Part shown: positions 35,667-46,100 of the stretch, in pieces | How the letters are laid out: each line of letters begins with the position of its first letter | Numbering within the stretch: the first letter of the stretch is position 1 | Source: Neophaeotheca triangularis | Taxonomy: Eukaryota | Length of the DNA: 51,190 nt | NCBI GenBank assembly: GCA_054600435.1 | Contig: BAAIJX010000095.1 | Coordinates: 1 to 51,190 of the forward strand | Direction: 5' to 3' | Notes under the pieces: generated by a model | Databases searched by the model: none | What the model was told of the DNA's origin: nothing | Seen by the model: the letters and a program-made list of their open reading frames with translations, nothing else | Translations under genes and position numbers: made by a program

Positions 35667-35900
35667 TGAGAGGATTGGAGATGGAACAATTGATGGGCCA
35701 TTTGATAGGGGTTTTGAAAGTGACTAAGCGAGGAGTTAGGAAGGATCCATTGATCTCGGACTTTGCGTCAGGCCTGCTCGTCTCTACGTATACTCCTGGT
35801 AGCGGCGGGCTCTGCGTTCTAGCTATCCGTTCGTAACGACATGACTTCCACCCTCCATCGCTATCATCATCGTCAAGTATTCCATGATCACCATCATCAT

Positions 35901-37184
35901 CTACACCACAACCTCCCGTCCACCGCCAACCACAACCTCGCCAACCTTCCCACCCTCCAACCTCTCAGTCTCCACAGCCAAAACAGCCATCTCAACAACC
36001 TCCCCAACAACCCCAGCAACCACTCTCTCCCGCTCCCTCCCCAAAACCCTCCCCCAAGCCTCAGCAAAAAAATCCCCCTCCTGAACCCCAACCCCCTCCA
36101 CAACCCTCCCACCCACAAACCCCAAATCCACCAACCCCCCCTGCTCACCCAACCCCAAAAACCTGCCCCCTCGCGCCCTCCCCACCGCCTCCAACCCCAA
36201 AACCCGCCCCCCCTCCCCCCCACCAAAACCCCCCACAGTCTCCCCCCCATTCTCCACCACCACCACCAACAACCCCTCCAACCACACGCACCCCCGCCGC
36301 AAATCCAACACCACGACTTCCGCGCCCTCGTCCCCGGCCACGAACATCTCGCGCACCTGGTCGAAGAGCTGGGTATCCGTGGCTTTCGCCTGGGCGCGGG
36401 AGTCGCGGGCGCTGGTGCCGGTGCCGGTCGTGGTCGCGGTAGTAGACAGTCGCTCGCCGTAATCGCTCTCCAGAGCGCGGAGCAGGCCGAGGAGGTCGCG
36501 GGGCGTGAGAGCTAGTCGTCCCGTCGGCGGGATTCCCGGCGCTAGGCTGCTGCTGGTGATGGTGGCGGTGGTGAGGTGGGAGGCGAGGTGGTGGGATTTG
36601 GCTGCCAAGGCTGGGGGCGTGGGTGTGGGTTCGGGGGTTTTGCTTGCCCCGGTGGTGGTGTGGGGTAGGGGGGTGTTGGGTTTGGGCTTTTTCGCGGCTC
36701 GGGGGGATGGGGTTGCGGGGTTGGGGGAGAGGTGCTTGCGCTTTTGATTGGGGGGTTGGGTCGTGGGGGGTTCGGGGGTTGGGGTGGCGCCCGGAGAGAT
36801 GGGGTTTTGAGTCTTGGGAGCATAGTTTGGTTTCCCGGTTGCTTTGGTGGTGATTTGGGGCTGTGTGGCCTTGGCTTTGGTGGTGCTTGGTGGTGGTGAT
36901 GCGCTTATGGGAGTTCCGTTCAGGGGGTTGGTGGGTTTGGCGGCTTCGGCGCCCGGGACGACGTCTTTGGTGGGTTTTGAGCGGGTTTTGGCCGGTTTGC
37001 GAGACTTTTTCGTCTTTCTTTTTGGCGAGGGGAGGGCTGCGGGCACGATGCCGTCGGCGAGCAGTTTGGCGCGGTGTTCGGCTTTTATGGCTTCGAGGGT
37101 GCTGGCGGTGCTCGTTGGGGTGCTGGTGGTCTTGACTGAGGAGGCTGGAGTGGCCGGGGAGGTTTTGTTGATTGGGGAAGACAT
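35901..37184 (-). CDS. Hypothetical protein, Pro/Thr/Lys-rich N-half and Gly/Val/Glu-rich C-half, ~427 aa
   Basis: Long ORF with gcaATG start (MSSPINKT), NLS-like KRKTKKSRK, central helical-looking segment; composition strongly skew-driven. Confidence 0.55.
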   Translation of the reverse strand: MSSPINKTSPATPASSVKTTSTPTSTASTLEAIKAEHRAKLLADGIVPAALPSPKRKTKKSRKPAKTRSKPTKDVVPGAEAAKPTNPLNGTPISASPPPSTTKAKATQPQITTKATGKPNYAPKTQNPISPGATPTPEPPTTQPPNQKRKHLSPNPATPSPRAAKKPKPNTPLPHTTTGASKTPEPTPTPPALAAKSHHLASHLTTATITSSSLAPGIPPTGRLALTPRDLLGLLRALESDYGERLSTTATTTGTGTSARDSRAQAKATDTQLFDQVREMFVAGDEGAEVVVLDLRRGCVWLEGLLVVVVENGGETVGGFGGGEGGRVLGLEAVGRARGGRFLGLGEQGGLVDLGFVGGRVVEGVGVQEGDFFAEAWGRVLGRERERVVAGVVGEVVEMAVLAVETERLEGGKVGEVVVGGGREVVV

Positions 37185-38133
37185 TGCTGCTGATGTCTTG
37201 GGATTGGTGCGATTGGTGTATTGGAGGTCGAGAGTTGTCTTTGCTGAAGTATTTTGGTATTCTTTGTTGGCTGTGGTTGTCGAAAGCGGTGGTCTTGGTT
37301 GGATGTTGTTGACAAAGAGATTGTTGGAGAGGATGAAGGAAACGGCTCTTATGGTCGTAGAAACGAGACTATCAATAGGACGATAAGACAATAGGATAAC
37401 GGGATGGCAGGACAATAGGACAATAGATCAGAAGAGCCTACTGTTGTGAAGGAGCAAGTCGTAAAGCTATTGTTGGGTTTGTCTGAGTGAAATCGAGAGT
37501 GAAGTCGTGCGGCTTCACTTGCGTGTCGAAGTAAATCAAGACTCAAAAGCTTGTCGATGTCACAACCGGCGACTGGAACTTGCCACGTACCAGCACGTCG
37601 AGATGAGAGAGCAGATATAGATGGTCTCCACCGAGCGCAAACACGACGTTCGCACCTAAGTTATCTCACTCGCTACCTACCTGTTGCTGGGCGCTGCAGA
37701 AACGTCCGGGGGGCGATTTGCAAATCCGCAAGTCTGCATCTTATCGCCATACTGATAAATTACTTGCCCCAGTATGAGGGAACGTACAACTCGAACCTGC
37801 CTAGAGCGCGATTCTGAGCACATTTCCATCAAGAATTTCCCCTACCCGGATGATCCAGAAGTACAGTTGATTAGTGGTAGCCTCAGAACGATATGGATGT
37901 GATCCGAGCAGAGTCCAATGAGACGTAGCTGCGTTTGGTTAGTAGATGTAGCAGTGTAAGCGATCCCGGATGGTCGATAGATCTATGAGGACATTGAGGA
38001 CATGAGCAATTGTAGAAAACCTGGACCTTCCCGGCGGTATTCTCACGATTCAACGATTCACCACTTCAACTTCAATACGCAGTCTTGATCCGATAGAAAG
38101 CATCGCATCGAGTATACCGACAATCCAGCAACC

Positions 38134-38742
38134 ATGTCGACCCTAGACAATGCCCAGCTAGAGGCCATTTTCCGGCGCAACTTGGCCGAATTCTTAGAGC
38201 AGCAATCAACGCACTACACCAAAGAGGAGATCCATCGGGTCATAATAGGCCAGGATTCAGAACCAGGTCCAGCACGGTACGCGATTCGTCAATCGTCCTG
38301 TTGGGTAATGGCAAAAACACTAAGTCTTGGCAGCGCTCCTAGTACAACCACCACCACTACCGCAATCGCCTCTACCAGCAAGAAATCGCCTACCAGCAAC
38401 GGCGAAACAACAGTGACGGAAGCCAGGTCCCCTGCCCCCGAAGACCACTCGCTGTACAACGAAGCTCTCCGTCGCAGCACTCGCAAGACCAGGGCCAAGC
38501 CTCCCCGACGCCTTTCAGAGGACTTGGAAGTCAGGCCCCGCCTGTACTTCCAGGAGAGCGCGGAGCGCCAGAATGCCGGCTATGATGGGGGCGAGCAGTT
38601 CAAAGCCAAGTTTAAGGCGCCGGCGAAAGAATCTGTTCAAGTGTCGGAGCGGGAGATCCAAGAGTGTGCGGAGATTTTGCTGGCGCTGAGTGATGATGAT
38701 TGGCAGTCTGGAGATATTTGTGAGGATTGTGGCCGCACTTGA
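38134..38742 (+). CDS. Hypothetical protein, 202 aa
   Basis: Strong start context (accATG), basic patch RRSTRKTR, C-terminal ECAEILLALS and CxxC; no family recognised. Confidence 0.55.
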   Translation: MSTLDNAQLEAIFRRNLAEFLEQQSTHYTKEEIHRVIIGQDSEPGPARYAIRQSSCWVMAKTLSLGSAPSTTTTTTAIASTSKKSPTSNGETTVTEARSPAPEDHSLYNEALRRSTRKTRAKPPRRLSEDLEVRPRLYFQESAERQNAGYDGGEQFKAKFKAPAKESVQVSEREIQECAEILLALSDDDWQSGDICEDCGRT

Positions 38743-38986
38743 AATCTGGGTTGAAGGGAGTTCAGTAGGTCTGCTAATGACGATTCGTTGGAACTTGTTG
38801 TATGACTTTGATGGGAAGAGAGCATGAGATGAGAGATGAGGTTCACGAACGTTGGCGGGGCAGCAGGGGTTGTTGTGTACGGACCACGTGCAAATTCAAA
38901 AAAAAAAGCGCCCATGTTTTCTTGTCCTCTTTTCTAACGTACCATCATCACACACCCCAACTTCATCACCCAACAATGTCCCTCTC

Positions 38987-40039
38987 ATGCCAACGGTGAA
39001 AGTCTTCTTCATCCGCCATGGCGAAACTGTAGACAACGTCGCCGGCCTGTACGCAGGGGTACGCGACAGCGCTCTCACCAACCATGGCGTGGACCAAGCC
39101 CAACGTCTAGGCTCCTACCTTGCTCGCGAAAGCGTCAAGCTCACTCACATCTTCTCCTCACCCTTGCAAAGGACCTTGAAGACTGCTGAAGCAGTGCGTG
39201 CTGCTCAGCCGAGAGGCGAGGATGGCACTACGACGCTGGACATCAACAAGGTGCCGGAGCTGATTGAGCAGGATTTTGGCTTCTACGAAGGTAAACCCTT
39301 TTACACTCGCTCCGCTAGCAGTCCGAGAAAGAGCGGGAAAGATATGCATCGCGAGAGGCATCGAGATGAGCCTGGGTTTGTGGATGTCGAGAGCAAGGAG
39401 TCGATGGCTAAGCGTGCTGATACCTTTTTGGACCAACATCTGCTGCCGCTGTTGGATGTGGATCAGCGAGAGGACCTGACTGTTGCTCTCGTTTCTCATG
39501 GCATGCTCTTGTCGAGTCTTTGGAAGAGGTTGCTGCTGAGATTGCCGAAGAAGAGTTTGAGTATCGCACCGGCTGTCATCGCTGCTCGGGGCGAGATCAT
39601 ACTCGAGCACCTTGGCGGTTGGAGCAATACGGGTTACCTTGAGCTCGTGCTCGCTGCCGAACCGGAGAATGACAAAGTCCATCCACTCGTCAAAACGATT
39701 GATTGTCCGAACCCCAACAGTTCCGGCGACACTACTGCTAATAAGTCTTTAGGGGGTGGACTTTCAGAACAGGCGGAGTCCGTCTCAACTTCTTCCGAAC
39801 CAGCCGTCGCGCTTGATACACTTGCTCCACCGCCAGCTGTCGCCGAGATGCAGGAAACGGCGGATCCGAATGTCCGTTCTATCCGCGTGCTGCAGGGCTG
39901 GTCGACTAGTATCGTTGCTATTGATAGCAAGCAGCATTTGACCGGCCTGAAAAGGCAGCGAGGAGGCATCGGTCGGCTTGCGTACGATGAAGGCCAGAAG
40001 AAGCTTGACGGCTTTTTCAAGAAGCAACGTAAGACTTGA
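38987..40039 (+). CDS. Histidine phosphatase / phosphoglycerate mutase-like protein, ~350 aa
   Basis: FIRHGETVDN, SSPLQR, EQDFGFYEG, LVSHG motifs. Confidence 0.9.
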   Translation: MPTVKVFFIRHGETVDNVAGLYAGVRDSALTNHGVDQAQRLGSYLARESVKLTHIFSSPLQRTLKTAEAVRAAQPRGEDGTTTLDINKVPELIEQDFGFYEGKPFYTRSASSPRKSGKDMHRERHRDEPGFVDVESKESMAKRADTFLDQHLLPLLDVDQREDLTVALVSHGMLLSSLWKRLLLRLPKKSLSIAPAVIAARGEIILEHLGGWSNTGYLELVLAAEPENDKVHPLVKTIDCPNPNSSGDTTANKSLGGGLSEQAESVSTSSEPAVALDTLAPPPAVAEMQETADPNVRSIRVLQGWSTSIVAIDSKQHLTGLKRQRGGIGRLAYDEGQKKLDGFFKKQRKT

Positions 40040-40171
40040 CAGTCTCGATCCGTGGCGACATCACGGATATGTTCGCTGCGGGCCGACGGCGTGGAATAGT
40101 CAAGCAATCGACCTCACGCCGCACCCGGCACTTGGTGAGTACTATCGTCTTTCTTAACCCTGCCCCCACCT

Positions 40172-40253
40172 CGTATGATGAAGCAACAATAACACAGACC
40201 TGATCCGAACTACAACCATGTAGATTCACTATTGTCCAACTGCTGTCTGATAC
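40172..40253 (+). ncRNA. snR56: Intronic box C/D snoRNA, snR56/U25-like, with a second (25S) guide
   Basis: C box ATGATGA 40175-40181; guide CACAGACCTG (40193-40202) complementary to conserved 18S CAGGUCUGUG, then D' CCGA 40205-40208; guide GTCCAACTGCTGT complementary to conserved 25S ACAGCAGUUGGAC directly before D box CTGA 40247-40250; GTA/TAC closing; lies inside a GTGAGT(40135)...GCTAAC...TAG(40321) intron. rRNA sequences recalled from memory. Confidence 0.85.
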
Positions 40254-41017
40254 CCACACCGACACTATCATTTATCTCGCGCCAGCGCTACTTGCGGTTC
40301 ACGGCTAACAGCGCATTCTAGATGCTCTCAAGTTCTCAACGTCTGGCAAAAGCAAGGTTCGGTCTCGTGTGGCGCGAAAGCTGCAGGTTTAGGCATGCAA
40401 GATGAAGCGCTGTCGGTCGGTGCCCGATGAACACGACTGCTGAGGCTTGCGGCATTGTCGGACAGCATGGTAGCAGATTTGTGTAGCGTACGTAGATGGC
40501 AGGAATCTAATAGTTTTTGACTCCCGACTCATTTGTTTCCGATGATCTGTTTTGACTTGATAACAATGATGACTCAACGAGTTTCTCCAACTACCGTGAG
40601 CATAATAAGAATATTCCCCATTTCCGATGTCCGTATCCATAGGTGGGTATATGTGTCGACGCTACAGTTGTACGGGAGAATAATAAAGTTCATCATCTCC
40701 CCCGAACCTCAGATATCCGGGTAGGAACTACTGGGGCAACGGCTTGCTCCAAACACGTTAGCGCGCGGGTCGGATGTTGCTGTGGCTGCGTTGCCGGCCA
40801 CGCACCAGCCACTTCCCGCACAAAGCTAAGTCAATAAAGATGGTGGTTAACCTTTAGGGTTGGCCCGCCGCCTGAGTCCGAACTTGTTCATTAGCGACTA
40901 CACCTCATCAACACCATCTAAAACAACTCTCGATTCTCACTCACACACACTAGGGCATGAAACAATCCAGGCGAGTAAGTAATAGGCAAGTTCCTTGCGG
41001 GCGGGTAAGTGAGTGGC

Positions 41018-41078
41018 TATGGTATGGTATGGTATGGTTATGCAGTGTGCCTTGCATCGCTGGCAGCACAGCACAGCA
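41018..41078 (+). repeat. (TATGG)4 and short (GCACA)n microsatellites
   Basis: tatggtatggtatggtatgg at 41018-41037; gcacagcacagca at ~41066-41078. Confidence 0.7.
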
Positions 41079-41550
41079 TAGTACAGTGTGCTGCAGACAC
41101 CCTCGTACACACTGCAGGCACACGTTGAAACATGGCGTATGGCGTCTTAGTATGTAAGTTATGAGAGAGACCACACGTAGACTAGCCTCACCGGTAGCAC
41201 GACACTAACGTCGTAGCAAAAGTTGGCGCAGGTGAGTTTAAAAAGTGCCTTCTCGGTGGCCGGCCGGACAAGGTGGCTGGGCTGCCTCAGGTTAGTGCGC
41301 TAGCGGCAGGGCTGCAGGCTGCTCCTTCCCTTCTATAAACATTTAGGTACCCTTTGATTTTCATACACTCCCTCTCTTGCTAAACCTCTCTTTCTCACCT
41401 TCACCTTCACCTTCAACAACAACAACACATATCACAACAACTCCTCCATCCCCATACCAACCACATTCGTTACCGTCGTCCATCTCCAACGAGCATATCC
41501 TCACCTTCACTACTACTTACTCCACTACCCACAAAACTCCCTCCTCCACC

Positions 41551-42582
41551 ATGCGCTTCAGCATCTGTCTCGCCATTGGCGCTGCCGCCTTCGCTGCTGC
41601 CCACGAGGCCGACGACTGCGACTACGACAACAAGCCTGAGCAGCAGCACCAGGAGCAGCAGCACGAGCCCGCCACCGTCACCATCACCAACTTCGTGACC
41701 GTCACCGACTGCGATGTTCCGGGTGAGTGCGAAGAGGAATCTGATGCCCAGTCCAGCACTAGCACAGCACATATCGCACAACGCGCTCCCCAACAAGAAT
41801 CCCCTCCCTCACAAGCCTCCACCTCCCTCGCTGCACTTAGCATCTTATCCAATGCACTCTTTACCACTACTGCATCACCAAATGCATTCGATGTGCTAGA
41901 GTCTGCCTTGGGCAGCTACACTCAGCCTTCACTGCAAACATCCTTCCCTGCTGCCCTGTTCTCCTCGTATGGCCTGGGAACCCCTGTGGACAGCTTAGCT
42001 TCCGTGTCAGGAACCGCGCAAACGGATGGCCCACAGACTTTCACCCCCACGGATACCCCCACCGCTTCACCCCCTTCCACCCCTCCCTCCACGCTCATCA
42101 CTTCCGTCTCCCCCTTGCCAGCGAGCGGCAGCACCTTGATCGTGCTAAGCTCATCTTTGTCTGCTACAGGTGCCACCCCGGTTCCGGTCGAGACCGAGAC
42201 CGTCGACGTCCCTGCCGAGGAAACCTCTGCGCCGGTCGACGTTCAGCCCACGGTCTCTGAGACTCTCCCTGTGGAACCCACCACCACTGAGGAGGTCGTC
42301 GTTCCCACCATGACTGAGACCGTGCCTGACGTCCCCGCCACCACCACAGAGGTCGCCACTCTCACCACGGCTACCGGCACTACGACCACCACCGAGGCCC
42401 CGGCTGAGGAGACTAGTGATGAGCTTGAAGGTGAGCAGACCCCATCCAGGACTTCCAGTGCTCCGGACGCAGCTACAACTACTCCAGCTCCCGTTGCGCA
42501 AGAGGGCGCCGGCAACCTCAACTACCCCATCACCACCATGGCCGCCATCATCGTCGGTGCTGGTGCGTTCTTGCTCTTCTAG
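41551..42582 (+). CDS. GPI-anchored Ser/Thr/Pro-rich cell-wall protein; 343 aa unspliced or 194 aa if 41723-42169 is spliced
   Basis: Signal peptide MRFSICLAIGAAAFAAA; Thr/Glu/Pro/Val-rich stalk; GPI-type C-terminus EGAGNLNYPITTMAAIIVGAGAFLLF; TATAAA at ~41334. Confidence 0.85.
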   Translation: MRFSICLAIGAAAFAAAHEADDCDYDNKPEQQHQEQQHEPATVTITNFVTVTDCDVPGECEEESDAQSSTSTAHIAQRAPQQESPPSQASTSLAALSILSNALFTTTASPNAFDVLESALGSYTQPSLQTSFPAALFSSYGLGTPVDSLASVSGTAQTDGPQTFTPTDTPTASPPSTPPSTLITSVSPLPASGSTLIVLSSSLSATGATPVPVETETVDVPAEETSAPVDVQPTVSETLPVEPTTTEEVVVPTMTETVPDVPATTTEVATLTTATGTTTTTEAPAEETSDELEGEQTPSRTSSAPDAATTTPAPVAQEGAGNLNYPITTMAAIIVGAGAFLLF

Positions 42583-43116
42583 AGTAAAAGCGCTCCAACA
42601 CTCTCGAAACGATTTTGCATGGCTTTACGACTGCTTATACGGCGAACGACTTCCCTTTGGCGGACGCTAGGAAAAGCGGTTTTAGCGGGTTGATGGCGCA
42701 TCAAGGCGTTTGTTCTTCACTAAAGGGAGAGGGTGACAGATACCTCGGGGCATGTCCAAACAGGTTTGAAAACAGTGAAGCATGGAGTCTAATGGCATGG
42801 AGGTGGAGAGTACAGTACCCTCACTCACGGACCTTGATGGATGTGGTTTGGATGGAGGCAATGGGTATTCACTCGTAGCTACGTCTAATCAATCTTCGAT
42901 CAACTTCATCAATCTTCTACTTTTTCTCGTCCGTGCCAAAAACGTATATACTCCCGGACAACATCCGCAAACTTGAATCGATGAGATGATGATATGAATT
43001 TGCGTAACGTGTCTTTGGAGGAAAAAGAAAAGAAAGAAAAACCCAACGCCGCAACCGACATGCATGCATGCATCACCCCACAAGCAGCAGCTAGCCCAAA
43101 AAAGAAAAAGAAAAAA

Positions 43117-46100
43117 TCAAATACTAACAAAAAAGCTCCTCTCGCCCTCCTCCCTCCTCACCTCCGCCCTCCTAAGAATAGGATCCACACAACTCGTCCT
43201 GATCCTCTCCACGGTGGCGGGACTCTTCAACTCCAAAACCTCCCGGACCCCATACTGGGCCCTCGCGGCCTTCAAAGCCATGCGAATGGCGAAAAAGACC
43301 GAACTCCCCAAAAACAAAGGCGGCTCGCCAACGCCCCTACTCCGCTGAATCGTCCTCAAATTCTCCCAATTGACATCCTTCAACAAGCCGACGTTGAGCC
43401 GCTGCGGCACGTCCCTGAAACCGGGGATTTTGTAAGCGCCCGGGCCCGTGGTGGCCAGCCGTCCGCTGGCGCGGTGCCAGAGGCTCTCTTCCATGGTGAA
43501 CAGGCCGAGGCCTTGCAGGAAGGCGCCTTCGATTTGCCCGTAGTCGATGGCTGGGTTGATGGAGCGGCCGACGTCCATTTTGATGTCGGCCCGCGTGCAC
43601 GTCCAGTCGCCCGTCAGTGTGTCCAGTTCGATTTCCGCGCTGGCTACGCCTTGGGTGAAGTAGAAGAACATTTGGCCTGTGTTGGGGCCCCAGACGTAGC
43701 TGGAAGGGGGAGAAGGGGGGTTAGTTTGGAGTGGAGGGGCAGGGGGGTGTATGGGGTTGCTCACCCGATGTCAGGGGTTTTGTAGAAACCGTTGGCGGAG
43801 AGGTTGACGCGGTCGAAGTAGGCGGCGTGAGCGAGGTCTTTCATCGCGGCCTTGGGGCCGAGTTTCTCTCGGTAGGGCGCAAGACGGGCGTTGATTTGCG
43901 CGCAGGCATTGGCGATGGCGTAACCGTTCAGGTCTGAAGACGCCGAGGCCGCGGTTGAAGAAGTGTTGGCGACGGTGTTGGTGGCGGTTTCGGAGATGAA
44001 GACGTTGTCGAGGGGTACGTCGAGGGCTTCGGCGGCAATCATCATCATTTTCGTGTGGAGGCCTTGGCCCATTTCCGTGCCGCCGTGAGCTACGAGGACG
44101 GAGCCGTCGTGGTAAATGTGCACGAGGGCGCCGGCTTGGTTGAGGAAGAGGGCGGTGAAGGAGATGCCGAATTTGGTCGGGATGAGCGAGATGCCGCGTT
44201 TCTTCCATTTAGACTTGGCGTTGAAGTCGGCAATGGCGGACTTGCGGGCGGCGTAGTTGGATTCCTGCTTCACTTGCTCGTACATGAGCGGCACGTACCA
44301 GTCCTTGAGCTCTTGCTTGAAGTGTGTTGTTTCCCCGGGTTTGTACATGTTGAGCGCGCGCAGCTCGTCTACGTCCATGCCCAAGTGATCGGCGACTTCT
44401 TCCATGTAGCTCTCTGCGATGAACATGCCCTGGGGCCCGCCAAAACCGCGAAAGGCCGTGTTGGAGACGGTGTTGGTTTTGGCGATGCGGCCGCGGACGT
44501 GGACGTTAGGGATTTTGTACACGCCGTCGATGTGGCTCATGGCACGGTCAACGACGGCTCCACTGAGATCTTGACACCAGCCGCCGTTGTTGAAGACGTC
44601 CGCGTCCAGTGCCAGAAGCTTGCCTTCTTTGGAGACACCTACTTTCCATCGAGCGAGGAAGGGGTGTCTTTGGCCTGACGTTACAATGTCTTCGTCACGG
44701 TTCAGCATGCATCGCACTGGCCGGTTGGCTTTCTTGGCCGCAGTCGCGCAGATTCCCGCAAGCTGTATCGAACGAGTCTCTTTGCCGCCAAATCCTCCTC
44801 CCATCCGCTTGACTTTGGAGACAATCTTGTTAGCAGCTACGCCTGTGACTTGCGCCACATATGCTTGGGTTTCGCTAGGGTTCTGCGTCGAGCTGTACAC
44901 CTCCATCTCGCCGTCCTCGGGCTTTGGTACGACCACACACGCGTTTGTTTCGAGGTAGAAATGCTCTTGACCTCCAATGCGAGCGACACCAGTGAAGACG
45001 TGGTCAGCTTCCGCAAAAGCCTTCTCCATATCACCGTTGTGGATGTATCGGTAGTGATCGAAGTAACTATCCGCTTCGATCGCTTCCTCGATGGTGAAGA
45101 TTGCCGGCAACTCCTCGTACTCAACTTTTACAGCTCGCATACCGGCTTCGGCTTGTTTCGCAGAAGTCGCGAGAATCATTCCAATCGGTTGGCCGGCCGT
45201 GAACACTTCGTCGACCGCGAAGAATGTCTCGTCACACACGGGAGCACCCCACCAATTGGCCTTTTCGTTCGGCAGGTCCGTATGATCGACGTACTCGTGA
45301 ACGCCAGGGATATCAAACGCAGGGTTGGCATCGACGCTCAAGATCTTCGCGTGGGCTTTTGTGGACAGCAACAAACAACCGTAAAGCTCGTTTCGCTGCG
45401 GAGGAATGTCGTCGGTATACTGAGCCTCGCCTGTGCACTGTTTCATAGCTGCGACGTGAGGTTGCTCCTTGCCGAGAATCTTCTGCTCGTATGCATTTCC
45501 CGCGGTATGATCTTTTTGGCCCTTTGAAATCTCACGCTCAATCTCGTCGAGAGCGTCTTGGTCGATTTCAGCATCTTCCGGGTTTAGCTCCTGCAGCACC
45601 TCGTGGTAGAAACGATAGAAGAATCCAAACGCCAGAGACCTTCTGTATGTAGCCATGCCACCCGGGACGCCGAAGCGTAGATCAAAGTCCTGCTCCAGAG
45701 CATTCATGACGCCTTCCAAAGTCTTCGGGTCGGTGAACTTTTTCCCTTCAAGGTAGGCGACTGCATTCTTCGCTGCGATCGTCATGGGCGCCATTCCGCC
45801 ATATACGAGACTGCAATCTTCAACCATGTTGCTTTCGTCCAACTTTACTCGAAGTGCAGCGTTGACGATAGCAATGTCGTCGTCTTTTCGCTTGGCTTGC
45901 TTATAAGCACGCATGTACTCGCCCTTCTCACGGAAGACGGGGATCTTGATCGATGAGATGATGGCGTCTGGCGGTAAAGCGGTGACCCTGTACGCTTTGA
46001 AGAAATCGGACATGGGGATTTCAATGGTTTCATCGAGGCTCTTGGCCACGAGCGTGGCGTTTGTACCGACAAAGACAGGGTTCAGATCGGAAATGGGTGA

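Noticed and set aside
37372..37428. Imperfect ~8-nt CAATAGGA repeats
   Set aside because: Degenerate minisatellite without unique spacers; not CRISPR-like and no link to function.
40563..40630. Second possible C/D snoRNA (ACA-ATGATGA...CCGA-TGT)
   Set aside because: Non-consensus D box, no cytosolic rRNA complement I can recognise and no flanking intron signals; worth including in a cmscan but unsupported.
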